64,000 nucleotides of DNA from an uncultured delta proteobacterium (GTDB lineage: Bacteria > Desulfobacterota > Desulfobaccia > Desulfobaccales > 0-14-0-80-60-11): NCBI GenBank assembly GCA_963796215.1, contig CAWCKU010000027.1, positions 1,289 to 65,288 on the forward strand, in the 5' to 3' direction. Positions within the stretch are counted from its first letter, which is position 1; each line of letters begins with the position of its first letter. Made by a program: the position numbers and the translations under genes. Positions 25,394 to 35,870 of the stretch are shown here, in pieces. A model generated the notes under the pieces. The model made no database searches. It was not told the origin of the DNA and saw nothing but the letters and a program-made list of their open reading frames with translations.

Positions 25394-27367
25394 ATGCAAC
25401 TCATGACTCCTAAACGTCCGGTCTATCCCTTCGCCGCCCTGGTGGGGCAGGAGCGCCTCAAAAAGGCCCTGATCCTCAATGCCGTCAATCCCTTGATCGG
25501 CGGGGTGTTGATCCGCGGCGAGAAGGGCACGGCCAAGTCCACCGCGGCCCGGGGCCTGGCGGAGTTGCTGCCTCCCATCCCCATGGTGGCGGGTTGCCCG
25601 TATCACTGCGATCCCGAGAAGCTCGAGCTGATGTGCGACGCCTGCCGCCGGCGCCAGGCCCAGGGCGAGGTGCTGCCCCGGCGCGACCGGCCCATGCCGG
25701 TGGTGGACCTGCCCTTGGGGACCACCGAGGACCGGTTGCTGGGCACCATCGATATCGAACGCGCCATCAAGAGCGGCGAGAAGCATTTCGAGCCGGGCCT
25801 GCTGGCCGCGGCCAACCAGGGAATCTTATACGTCGATGAGGTGAATCTCCTGGACGACCATCTGGTGGACGTGCTCCTGGACGCTGCGGCCATGGGGGTC
25901 AACGTGGTGGAGCGGGAGGGGATTTCGTTCATCCACCCGGCCCGCTTCATCCTGGTGGGCACCATGAATCCGGAGGAAGGGGAACTGCGGCCCCAGCTGT
26001 TGGACCGTTTCGGCCTGTGCGTCGAGGTAACGGGGCTGCACAATCTCCAGGCCCGCATGGACGTGGTGGCCCGCCGGTTGGACTTCGAGGCGGACCCGAG
26101 AAAGTTCGCGGCCGGCTGGCTCGGCGAGCAGGAAGCGCTGCGCGCCGCGATCCTCACCGCCCGGGAGCTGCTCCCCCGGGTAGGCTATGGCGCCGACATC
26201 CTGCGACTCATCACCGCCATTTGCCTGGACCAAGGGGTGGACGGCCATCGGGCCGACATCTACATGCTCAAGGTCGCCCGGACCTTAGCGGCCTACCGGG
26301 GCCGATTGGCAGTGGCGGACCCCGATGTGCGAGAGGCGGCGGAGCTGGTGCTGCCCCACCGGCTGCGGCGCCAGCCCTTCAGCGACTCCGAGATGGATAC
26401 GAATAAGCTGGAGGAGACCTTTCGGAAGCATCAAGAGGAGATGGAGCAGCGCCGCCTGGCGCAGCCCCAGCCGGAGCCCGGCGCCGCGGCCGGCGACCCG
26501 GATGAGGTACAGCTCATCGGCGAGGTGACGGTGGCGCCGGGGGCTCCTTTTCCGGTGAAGCCCCTGGAGCTGGCCCCGGAACGCAAGATCCAAAAGGCGC
26601 CGGGCCACCGCACTCGGGCTCAGAGTGATGACCGCCGCGGACGCTACGTGCGCCCCTCCCTGCACCAGAGCGGGCCGCCGGATCTGGCTCTCGACGCCAC
26701 CATCCGGGCCGCGGCGCCGTTTCAAATGGTGCGGGAGAAAGGCAACCTGGCCCTGGCCATCTGTGAGCCGGATTGGCGCTACAAGGTGCGGGAGCGCCGC
26801 ATCGGCCGCCATATCCTCTTCGTGGTGGACGCCTCCGGCTCCATGGGCGCCGACGTGCGTCTGGCGGAGACCAAGGCGGCGATCCTGTCGCTCCTCATCG
26901 ACGCCTATCAAAGGCGGGAGCGGGTAGGACTCATCATCTTCCGGGGCCGGGAGGCCCGGCTGACCCTGCCCTTTACCCACAGCGTGGAGATGGCCCAGCG
27001 GCATCTGACGCTGCTGCCCACCGGCGGCAAAACCCCGCTGCCCCACGCCCTGAAGCTGGCCCTGGAGGTGCTCAAGCAGGAGAAGGTCCGGCATCCGCAG
27101 GACGTTTTTCTGCTGGTGCTCGTCACCGACGGCCGGGCCAACATCAGCCTGGGGGCCCGGCGCCCCATGGCCGAAGTGAAAGAGTTGTCGGCGCAGATCA
27201 AAACCTTGGGGGTCAATTCCCTGATCCTGGACACCGAAGCCTTCGCCCCCTGCCTGGACCTGGGGTGCCTCCCGGAGCTGAGCCGTATTATGGGCGGCAG
27301 CTACCACTCCCTCACCAGCATCCGGGCCCCGGAAATGGTGGCTCGGGTGGAGGCCGCGTTAAGGTGA
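25394..27367 (+). CDS. ChlI/BchI-type AAA+ ATPase fused to ChlD-type vWA domain (chelatase ID-like subunit)
   Basis: YPFAALVGQERLKKAL, Walker A GEKGTAKST, BchI-type Cys insert CPYHCDPEKLELMCDACRRR, Walker B ILYVDEVNLL, acidic/Pro linker, vWA MIDAS DASGSM...TGGKTPL...TDGRAN. Confidence 0.8.
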   Translation: MQLMTPKRPVYPFAALVGQERLKKALILNAVNPLIGGVLIRGEKGTAKSTAARGLAELLPPIPMVAGCPYHCDPEKLELMCDACRRRQAQGEVLPRRDRPMPVVDLPLGTTEDRLLGTIDIERAIKSGEKHFEPGLLAAANQGILYVDEVNLLDDHLVDVLLDAAAMGVNVVEREGISFIHPARFILVGTMNPEEGELRPQLLDRFGLCVEVTGLHNLQARMDVVARRLDFEADPRKFAAGWLGEQEALRAAILTARELLPRVGYGADILRLITAICLDQGVDGHRADIYMLKVARTLAAYRGRLAVADPDVREAAELVLPHRLRRQPFSDSEMDTNKLEETFRKHQEEMEQRRLAQPQPEPGAAAGDPDEVQLIGEVTVAPGAPFPVKPLELAPERKIQKAPGHRTRAQSDDRRGRYVRPSLHQSGPPDLALDATIRAAAPFQMVREKGNLALAICEPDWRYKVRERRIGRHILFVVDASGSMGADVRLAETKAAILSLLIDAYQRRERVGLIIFRGREARLTLPFTHSVEMAQRHLTLLPTGGKTPLPHALKLALEVLKQEKVRHPQDVFLLVLVTDGRANISLGARRPMAEVKELSAQIKTLGVNSLILDTEAFAPCLDLGCLPELSRIMGGSYHSLTSIRAPEMVARVEAALR

Positions 27368-27487
27368 TTTTCTGAACGCCGGGATTACCTGCTGAAACGC
27401 CCGGCCCTCCCCTGCCACCCCCTGAAGAAAGCATCAACCCAAGGCGGTTCACTTAAGCATTAGGGATTTCTCTTTGGTGTCGGGGCT

Positions 27488-27546
27488 GGGTCTTCCCGGC
27501 CGATTAACCACCCTCTCAAACAAAGGCGGGAAGACCCCGCCCCTAT
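27488..27546. repeat. REP-like inverted repeat GGGTCTTCCCG ... CGGGAAGACCC + CGCCCCTAT
   Basis: 11-bp arms separated by 28 nt, with the family tail CGCCCCTA. Confidence 0.5.
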
Positions 27547-27602
27547 AGAGTTCTGAAATGAACAGCATGGTATTTAGGCCTCCGATTTATCTACAAACTA
27601 AC

Positions 27603-27631
27603 TTGACATTTGTTCAATACCCTTTTAGTAT
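27603..27631 (+). promoter_or_regulatory. sigma70-type promoter TTGACA-17-TAGTAT
   Basis: -35 at 27603-27608 and -10 at 27626-27631, 72 nt upstream of ATG 27703. Confidence 0.55.
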
Positions 27632-27702
27632 CCAAGTGGGGTAAAATATCGAAGCGCGAGGTGCGCCCCATTATTATAATATATTAATTAATTAAGGTAG
27701 TT

Positions 27703-29557
27703 ATGCCCTGGCGAATTGGAATCATGGCGGCGCTCCTGGCCTGGCTGTTGTTAGCCAGCTCTGCCGGCGCGGCCATCCAGCGCCATACCGACAGCCGGGG
27801 TGTCATCCACATCAGCAACGGTCCGGTTAAGGCGGCGCCGGGCCACCAGGGGGATCTGGCTGAGAACCCCGGCCCCGAAATGGCAAGCCTGCCTGCGCCG
27901 GCGCCTCCTCCGGCCAGAACGGAAGCACAGGCACCGCGGCCGGCGGACTCCGCCAACCCCCACGCTCCTGCGACTTCCCCGCCAGCCGATGGTCAGAAGG
28001 ATAACGGTGAAAAGTTGCAACCGGCCCAAGATGCTGCCGACCAGGTCGGTCAGGCCCCCGCGGCTGTTGCCAGCAACCCGCCAGTCCCTGGAATTATCGG
28101 CATGTTCGCGGCCGCGGCCACTGCCGCCGCCAAGTCCGCGGCCCCTGCTGCGGCCGAACCCGCGGCTACTGCCGCCGCCGAAAGTACTAGTCGAGTCCGG
28201 ACCCGACCCTCTGAAAAAAGTGTCCTATGAGGCGGCCGAGGCCGAGACCTCCCCGGGGCCGGCGCCGCAGCCGGCCGCCCCCAAAGCCGCGGAAATGGTC
28301 ACGGCGGGAGGCATCCAGCGCTATCGGGACGCCCGGGGAGTCTGCCACATCTCCAACGTGTCGCCGGCAGCTGCAGGCGCCGGCCCGGGCTGGCTGGAGG
28401 CTGCCAAACCCTCCGGTGCGGAAAGGGCAACCCCTGAGAAACCGACTCGGGTGGCGGCGGCGGCGGCAGGTCTGCCTTTGCAAAAGGTGTCCTGGAACCC
28501 GGATGATCCATTAATAACACTGCCGACGACGAAGACCAAGGTCAGGACAGCCACCCCCGAGGCCGCGAATGTTATCCGACACTACCGCGACAGCAAGGGC
28601 GTGATCCACATCGACAATGTGGAGCCGGCTGCGGAAGCCCCCGTGCCGACCTTGCAGGCACGGGCCAGGCCGGAGGAAGAAGCCGCTCCCTCGGCAAGGC
28701 GCCGGCCCCCATCCCCGGTAGAGGGGAGTGCTCCATTGGCCCTGAAACGAGTGGCCTGGTCCGGAGAAGAAGGATTGAAGCTGCTGAAGCCAGCGAAGGC
28801 CGGGGCTTCTCCCGGCGCGGCCATCACCACCGAGGGCGGCATCAAGCGCTGGCGGGACAAGAAGGGGGTCTGGCACATCGAGACGGTGGAGTATCCCCTG
28901 CCTGCAGGGGTGGTACTGCCGCCGCGCCAGCCCGGCTTTAATCTCTCAACGCAGACCGCCACTGCTGCGGCGCCTGTCGGTTCCCTCGGGGCCACGGCCG
29001 GAGCCAGCCCGGTCCCCTCGTTGGCTCCCGACGCACCGCGGGTCCCCACCATCACCGCCTTCCGGGACGCACGAGGACGCCTGAAGATTACCAATGATGC
29101 CCCAGTTAATTTGGCAAAACCGCCGCCGGGCGGGGCGGCTCCCGCGCCCGCAGAGTTGGAGCCACTCATTCTCGAGGCCGCCCAAGTCCACCGGTTACCG
29201 GCTACCCTCATCCGGGCGGTGATCAAGACGGAATCGAATTTTTGTTCCTGGGCCGTGTCCCCCAAGGGGGCCATGGGTCTGATGCAGCTCATGCCCGGGA
29301 CCGCCGCGTTGTTGGGGGTGGCCGAGCCCTTCAACCCCCGGGAAAATATCCACGGCGGCTGTCGCTATCTGCGGGATCTCATCAATCTTTTTGGGGGCAA
29401 CGTGCCTCTGGCCCTGGCGGCCTATAATGCCGGCTACCAGCGGGTCATCAATTGCGGCTTCCAGGTGCCGCCCATCAAAGAGACCCAGAACTTCGTCACC
29501 CAGGTGATGGGGCGTTATGTGGCGGAAGAGCACCGGGCCGGTCAGCCCTGGACATAA
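27703..29557 (+). CDS. lytic transglycosylase (SLT domain) preceded by five DUF4124-like repeats; one frame break near 28190
   Basis: Signal peptide MPWRIGIMAALLAWLLLASSAGA. Repeats IQRHTDSRGVIHISN, IQRYRDARGVCHISN, IRHYRDSKGVIHIDN, IKRWRDKKGVWHIET, ITAFRDARGRLKITN. SLT core VIKTESNF...AMGLMQLMPGTA...AAYNAGY. Confidence 0.75.
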
Positions 29558-29806
29558 GGGGAGAGGCGCGCCCTGGCAGCTTAAAGGCATATCATATTGA
29601 TATTACTGTTCATTAATCTTAGAGACTCTCTTCAGCATTTACCGATGCTAAGATTTCTGCTGCATCTCTGCCGTTGACTTTTTCCCCGCCTTGAGCTACA
29701 GCCTTGATTAGCGGGCTGGGCCCAGCGACACATTTGGTCATACCGCGCATTTCTTGATTTGCCTGAAGAGCTGAAAGCTGAAGGCTATTTTATAATGGGA
29801 GGTGCC

Positions 29807-30332
29807 ATGCCGGAAGCAGCAAAGGAAACCTGGATTACGTGGGTGGCCCTGACCGCCACGGTGCTGGCGGTCCTGGCGGCCATCGCCGCGTTAAGAGCCA
29901 CCAGCTACTCCACCAAGGTCCAACTGGCCACCACCAGAGAGGCGAACCAGTGGGCCTATTACCAGGCCAAAAGCATCAAAGAACACAGTTATGCCTTAAA
30001 CCGGGACATTCTGGCGGCGGTGCGGCTGCAAGAGACCAAAAACCCCAAGGCTGCAGAAGTTCCTGACGGACAAGATCAAGGAATATGAGGGTGAAGTGGC
30101 CCGCTATGATAAGGAAAAGGGGCAGATAAAGAAGGGCGCCGAAGACATCCAAAAGGAGCAGGAGGTCTACAAGCAGAAGAACGGCAACTTTGCCGTGGCG
30201 GTGATGCTGCTGCAGATCGCCATCATGTGCTCGGCGGTGGGGGCGCTGATTAAAAAGAAGATCATGTGGCTGCTGGGCCTGATCCTGGGGGGCTGGGGGT
30301 TATATTACTTCGTTTTTGGGTTTCTCCGGTGA
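29807..30332 (+). CDS. DUF4337-like membrane protein, one frame break near 30070
   Basis: GGGAGGTG then ATG 29807. NQWAYYQAKSIKEH, ARYDKEKG, NFAVAVMLLQIAIMCSAVGAL. Paralogue of 30417..31004. Confidence 0.6.
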
Positions 30333-30364
30333 GAAATTCTTCGTTGGGTCTCGGGCTTCAGGCT

Positions 30365-30390
30365 GGGCGGACACACAGGTCCGCCCCTAC
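30365..30390. repeat. REP-like hairpin GGGCGGAC-acacag-GTCCGCCC+CTAC
   Basis: Lies between the convergent DUF4337 paralogues. Confidence 0.6.
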
Positions 30391-30416
30391 CCTCCCCTTC
30401 TGGCCTTTCATTAACC

Positions 30417-31004
30417 TCAGTGCCCGAAGAACGGCAGGCGCACGATCATCAGAAAACCGTTGGCGGCCAACAGCGCCCCCAGGGTGGCGGAGACCAAGGA
30501 GAAGCCGAACATCAACCGGGAATGGGCCAGGATGGCGATGGACGACATGACGATGGCGATCTGCAGCAACACCTCGGCGTAATCGAAGTACGGGTCCTTG
30601 CCGCGGTTTAGATCCCGCTCGTGTTCCAGGTGCTTGGCTTCCTTTTCAATATCCTTCTTTTCGACATTGTAGCGCTTTTCTTCCTCGGTCGTCTTCTGCA
30701 GCAGTTCTTGGTAACGCTTCTTGATCTCCGGCTTGAGGGACTCCTTTTCCAGCAGGTCCAGTTCCAGCCGCTGCTTTTGGCCCCGGTAGAAATGCTCCCG
30801 GATGTTCTTGGCCTGGTAGAAGGCCCACTGATCCGAGGCCTGCTGCTGGGCCAGGAGCATCTCCTTCATGGCGTTGTTGCCCCCGAGGGAGGTGATGGCC
30901 AGGAGCACCGCAAAGATGGCGGTGGTGAGGGCCACGTGCCGGGTAAAGGCCTTTCCTTTGATCTCTTCCAGTTCTTCCGGGTTGGGGAGTTCCACCTCAG
31001 ACAT
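30417..31004 (-). CDS. DUF4337-like membrane protein
   Basis: DQWAFYQAKNIREH, coiled-coil middle part, YAEVLLQIAIVMSSIAIL, C-terminal TM segment. Confidence 0.65.
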   Translation of the reverse strand: MSEVELPNPEELEEIKGKAFTRHVALTTAIFAVLLAITSLGGNNAMKEMLLAQQQASDQWAFYQAKNIREHFYRGQKQRLELDLLEKESLKPEIKKRYQELLQKTTEEEKRYNVEKKDIEKEAKHLEHERDLNRGKDPYFDYAEVLLQIAIVMSSIAILAHSRLMFGFSLVSATLGALLAANGFLMIVRLPFFGH

Positions 31005-31028
31005 GGCAACAGTCCTCTCTCAGTTCGG

Positions 31029-31211
31029 TCACTTGACGTAGATTTTCATCTCCGGGGCCAGGGCCCCGTCCAATCCCACTTCGTTGCCCCATTGGTCATA
31101 GGGCTTTTGCCCGGCCTTGAGGCGGTCCAGCAAGCCGGCGTTGATGAGGGCATGACGCACCGTCATGCCGGGGAGCACCTCCACCGCCTGCTGATTCACA
31201 TAGACTCGCAT
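31029..31211 (-). CDS. small hypothetical protein (60 aa, ThiS/beta-grasp-like N-terminus but no C-terminal GG)
   Basis: MRVYVNQQAVEVLPGMTVRHAL. ATG directly abuts the TAA of the upstream nucleotidase gene. Confidence 0.4.
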   Translation of the reverse strand: MRVYVNQQAVEVLPGMTVRHALINAGLLDRLKAGQKPYDQWGNEVGLDGALAPEMKIYVK

Positions 31212-32755
31212 TTAATCCAGGGCCTTGATCCGGCCCTCGACCTGGGGCGAGATCGTCTTTTTGCTCTTGATGTAGTCAATCACCAGGTCCCGGAGCCAGG
31301 CGCCGGGGTTGATGTAGGCCAGATTTTTGCTGGTGAGGGCGCCGCCCTGCTTCCGGTAGCCTGAGCCTGCCTTGAGGGCTGCGCCGAAGGCCCGGTAGCC
31401 GTCGCCCCCGACAGCCAGGAAGTCATTGGTAGCCACGACGTATTCCTGGCCGGGGTCCAGCGGCTTGCCGTTGACGGTGATGTCCTTGACCCTTTGGCCC
31501 ACCGGGGCGGTGCGGCTAAAGGTGAAGGTGAGGCCCGAGACCTGGGGGAACCGTCCCGGCCTTTTTTTCCAGGCCGGAGACCCCATGTTCCAGGACCTCC
31601 CGCAATTGCTTCCCGGTCAGGCGGATGGCCACCAGGTAGTTGTCGAAGGGCAGCGCCGCATAAACCTCCTTGGCCTTGATCGGCCCCTGGTGGATGCCGG
31701 CGCGGATGCTGCCGCCGTTGATGAGGGCGGCGTCGGCCCCGGTTGCGGCTCGCATGACGTCGGCCACCAGATCGCCCAGGTTGGTCTCCTTCAGGCGCGT
31801 CTGCTCGCCGTCCAGGTCCACTGCGGTTTCCCCCACGTTCCGATCCAGCCGGGCGTCCACCTCTTGGGAATATTGGCGGACAATTTGCTGGACCTCTTTA
31901 TCGGCGCCGCCGAGGCTGGGTTTAATCTCCTCCAGGTGACCTTCGAACTTGACGATTTTACCGTCCTTGAGGTCCAGGTCCAGGACCCCCAGGGCCTTGG
32001 CATGTTCCCAGGCCTGGCCGATAATGGTGTGGTTCACCAACACCGGGGCCTCCAGTTTGGTGTGGGAATGGCCCCCGATGATGACGTCAATGCCTGGAAC
32101 CTTCTGGGCCAGGGCGCGGTCTTCGGCGTAGCCGATATGGGACAGGACCACCACCAGGTCGGCCTGGCCCCGCAATTCTTTCAGACAGCTGGGCCACGGC
32201 GGCGTCAGGCGGAGAGAATTTCAGGCCGACCACGTTGCGGGGGTGCGTGGAGGTGGGGGTGTCAGCCGTGACCACCCCGATGATGGCCACCCTGACTCCT
32301 TGGACATCCTTGATTACATAAGGCTTAAGCAGGGGCAGGCCCCGGACGTTGGCGCCCAGGAGCGGAAACCGGGCTTCCTTGAGCCGTTGTTGCAGGACCT
32401 GCTGGCCGTAATCGAACTCATGGTTGCCCACCACCATGGCGTCAAATCTCATGGCGTTCATCAGCTCAATGGACGATTTGCCCTGAAACAGGTTGGCCCA
32501 GTTATTTCCCTGGATCATGTCGCCGGCCGCCAGCAGCAGGGTGGGCCGCCCAGTCCTGAGGCGATCCACCGCCCCCGCCAGGTAGGCGGCGCCACCCAGG
32601 AGTTCGGTGGATCCCAGGGGTTGATAAGGCTCGGCAAAGCCGTGAAAATCATTGACATACAGGAGGCGCAGGCCGGCTTCCCGGGCTCCGGCGGGCGCGG
32701 CCAGAAAAATTATCAGAACCAGGCAATAGAGGCTCAGGCGCAGGTTTTTCATCAA
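31212..32755 (-). CDS. periplasmic 5'-nucleotidase/UDP-sugar hydrolase (UshA-like metallophosphatase), two frame breaks
   Basis: Signal peptide. YVNDFHG, AGDMIQGN, VVGNHEFDYG, IIGGHSHT. C-terminal 5'-nucleotidase domain NGGSIRAGI, FPQVSGLTFTF. Joined ORFs 32087..32755, 31516..32175 and 31212..31586. Confidence 0.75.
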
Positions 32756-33069
32756 TTATTCTCGAACGTCTCGGTTAATTTATCGGCAAAATGGCTTGCA
32801 GGTCAAGGCCCGGATAGCATGTCGGCGAGCCTGGGGTTTTCGGGAAAAAAGCTCTGGGAACAGATATTGTCTGGAAAAGGGTAATTGCAGGAACTCGCAA
32901 TGCGGGAATAAAAGTACCAAGCAATTTTGATTTTCGCCGGGATGATCTTACTTTGAGCAGCCGCAGCGGCGACCGGGCCGGATACAGAGAGGTGCTGTCC
33001 GTATTGCCGATCTCCAAGGTGGGCGAGATAATTGAGAGCTATGCCAATCCAGCGCGAGGGAGGACAACC

Positions 33070-33984
33070 ATGCCGGAAACCAGAATGATCCGCCAAGTTT
33101 TAAAGGCCAAGCCCACCATCGAAGGAGCCGGGGTCCACCTCAACCGGGTCTTTGGCTACAGCCAGGTGCCGAAGTTTGATCCGTTTCTGTTACTGGACGA
33201 TTTTCGCGCCGATATTCCGGAGCACTATCTCAAGGGGTTTCCCTGGCACCCGCACCGGGGGATCGAAACCATCACCTATGTCACCCGGGGAGACGTGGAA
33301 CACGGCGACAGTCTGGGGAACAAGGGGGTTATCTCCGCCGGCGACGTGCAGTGGATGACCGCCGGCAGCGGCATCATCCACCAGGAGATGCCCCAAGGGG
33401 ACCCGGACGGCCGGATGTACGGTTTTCAACTTTGGGCCAATCTTCCCAAATCCCACAAGATGATGGAGCCCCGCTACCGGGAAGTAAAGGACCGGCAAAT
33501 CCCGACCGTGGTTCTGAAGGACGGAACCAGGATCAGAATCATCTGCGGCCGGGTCCAGGACCAGCAAGGGCCGGTACGGGACATCGTCACCGACCCGGAA
33601 TACCTCGAGGTCTCGATGCCGGCAGGGTCGGAATTCCGGCATCCCACCAGGCGCGGCCACACCGTGTTCGCCTATGTCATCGAGGGCCGGGGGTACTTTT
33701 GCCGGGAGAAGAACCCGTTTTCGTACGAAGTCCAGGGAGTCAATTATTTCGATATGCAGCGGGAGCCCTTCGTCAGCAACGGCATGCTCGTGCTTTTTGA
33801 GGATGGCGATGAAGTAATGGCCGCCACCGAAGACGAGGCGGTCAGGTTTCTGCTCATCTCGGGCCGGCCCCTCGGCGAGCCGGTGGCCTGGTACGGCCCG
33901 ATCGTGATGAACACGGAGGAAGAACTGCGCCTGGCCTTTGAAGAATACCAAAACGGCACCTTTATCAAGCACCGCCGGGGTTAG
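33070..33984 (+). CDS. pirin family protein
   Basis: GAGGGAGGA then ATG 33070. FPWHPHRGIETITYVTRGDVEHGDSLGN, MTAGSGIIHQE, GFQLWANLP. Confidence 0.85.
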   Translation: MPETRMIRQVLKAKPTIEGAGVHLNRVFGYSQVPKFDPFLLLDDFRADIPEHYLKGFPWHPHRGIETITYVTRGDVEHGDSLGNKGVISAGDVQWMTAGSGIIHQEMPQGDPDGRMYGFQLWANLPKSHKMMEPRYREVKDRQIPTVVLKDGTRIRIICGRVQDQQGPVRDIVTDPEYLEVSMPAGSEFRHPTRRGHTVFAYVIEGRGYFCREKNPFSYEVQGVNYFDMQREPFVSNGMLVLFEDGDEVMAATEDEAVRFLLISGRPLGEPVAWYGPIVMNTEEELRLAFEEYQNGTFIKHRRG

Positions 33985-34021
33985 CTGAAAAGGTTAAGGT
34001 TGCAACTATCGGTGCCGTCGG

Positions 34022-35060
34022 TTATTCGGATTCCTCTTTTCCGGCTAAACGATGTTGGTCATAAAGGGCCAGATATTCCTTGAGCATCTCCGGGATGGGC
34101 AGATTATAGGGGCAGCGGTCGACGCATTCGCCGCACTCTTCGCACTGGCGCACCGTCTCCATGAATTTGGCCGAGAAGCCGGCGGCCTTGGCCGGCCCCA
34201 TGCGGTGGGCGACGATGCCGTACAGCATGGCCGGGGTGATGATGACCCCCTGGGGGCAGGGCTGGCAGTATTCGCAGCGCCGGCAGAACCGATCTCCCAG
34301 CTCCACCCGGTAGCGCTCCATGGCGGCCAGGTCTTCTGCGGTGACCTGATTATCCGTCTGATAGAGGTCTATCACCTCGTCGACGCCGGCCACCGAGTCG
34401 AAACCGGCCAGGGGGATGACGTCGGGAAACTGGCGCAGATATTTGAAGGCCACCTGGGCATTGTCCACCTGGCCGCCGCAGAAACGGTTTCATGGCCAAC
34501 AGTCCCAGGCCCCGCTCCCGGGCCAGGGGATGGAGATCGCTCCCCGCCGCGGTCTCGATGAAGTTGAACGGGAATTGCACCACGCTGAACAGGTCGGTCT
34601 TGACCAGCCTGACGGCCATCTCCAGGTTATGGGAGGTAACCCCGAGATGCCTGATCTTCCCGGCTTCCCGAGCCCGGAGCACCACTTCCAAAGGCCCATC
34701 CGGTGCGGTCAGGGCCTGATAATCAGCCTCCTGGGAGACCTGGTGAAATTGATACAGGTCCAGATAATCGGTCTTTAGCAGCCGCAGACTCTGATCGAGA
34801 TCGTCTTCCAGCCCCCGGCGATCGCGCTTCATGCTCTTGGTTGCCAGGACCAGCTGCTGCCGCAAGCCCTGAAAGGCCCGGCCGATCTTCTCTTCGCTGT
34901 CCAGGTAGACGTTGGCCGTGTCGAACAGGGTGATGCCGCGCTCCTGGGCCCGCCGCAGCACCAGGATGGCTTCGTCCATGGACAGGCGAATGATGGGAAT
35001 ACAGCCAAAGCCGACTTCGGAGACCTCCAGTCCCGTTTTCCCCAGGATACGATAGCGCAT
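34022..35060 (-). CDS. aldo/keto reductase with C-terminal Cys-rich (4Fe-4S-type) domain, one frame break near 34470
   Basis: MRYRILGKTGLEVSEVGFG, FDTANVY, LATK, DLYQFH. C-terminus CRRCEYCQPCPQG...CEECGECVDRCP. Confidence 0.75.
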
Positions 35061-35295
35061 GACGCCGCTCCTTCGAGCCTTGGATTATGGCCTGCCTTCG
35101 GCAGGTTAGCTTCTTACTGATATCATACATTAACGGCCCTGTCTTTCAATTGCCCCGGGGCCGGAAAGGCGGCGGTTTTTTATTGAGGGTGGAAATCATC
35201 TATGTTATGCATCCGAAAGGAGTCAAAGGCTTATTTTATAGCAGCTTCCCTGGCGGGGGTCGGGGATGAAAATAACCAAAAATCTCGGGGAAGAC

Positions 35296-35677
35296 ATGAC
35301 AACGTGGTTCAAGGTTTTTCCGCTCTTTTTTTTCTTGCTGCTGGGTTATGGCTGCGTTGCCACCGGCAGCCAGGAGATTAACGCAGCCGGACGCACCGCC
35401 GGGATTGAGGCGGGTAAATCCACCCAGGCCGAGGTCAGCGCCCTGCTGGGATTCCCCGCCATCGTCACTTACGGCGAGAAGGGGCAGGAGACCTGGAATT
35501 ATTACTATGTGACGGAATATCCCACGGCCACCGATTTCATTCCCGTGGTGGACGGCTTGGCGTGGCAGGTTTTCAGCAGAACACCAAGGTACTGACGCTT
35601 ACTTTTGATCGGCAAGGCGTGGCCCGGAATCTCCAGCGGAGCCAGGTGACCGGCAACCCGGAGGTTTATCCTTATTA
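35296..35677 (+). CDS. small lipoprotein (SmpA/BamE-like?), one frame break near 35570
   Basis: MTTWFKVFPLFFFLLLGYGC lipobox. GKSTQAEVSALLGFP...ETWNYYY. End recovered in another frame (…LTFDRQGVARNLQRSQV…TAA 35675-35677). Confidence 0.45.
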
Positions 35678-35870
35678 AGGCCTCAGCTTTGGAAAAATCC
35701 CGCCCAAACCCTGCCCGCAGTGAGTTTGCCGCCCAAGCGCTTCCGGACGGCGTGCCGTCATCAATCTAAACAAGATTCTTTCCATGTATAAAAAATTGAG
35801 GTAAGATAATGCAACCGGAAACATTTCCTTATCATTGCACCTGAAAGAGCCGATCTGAGCAAGGTGGCAC

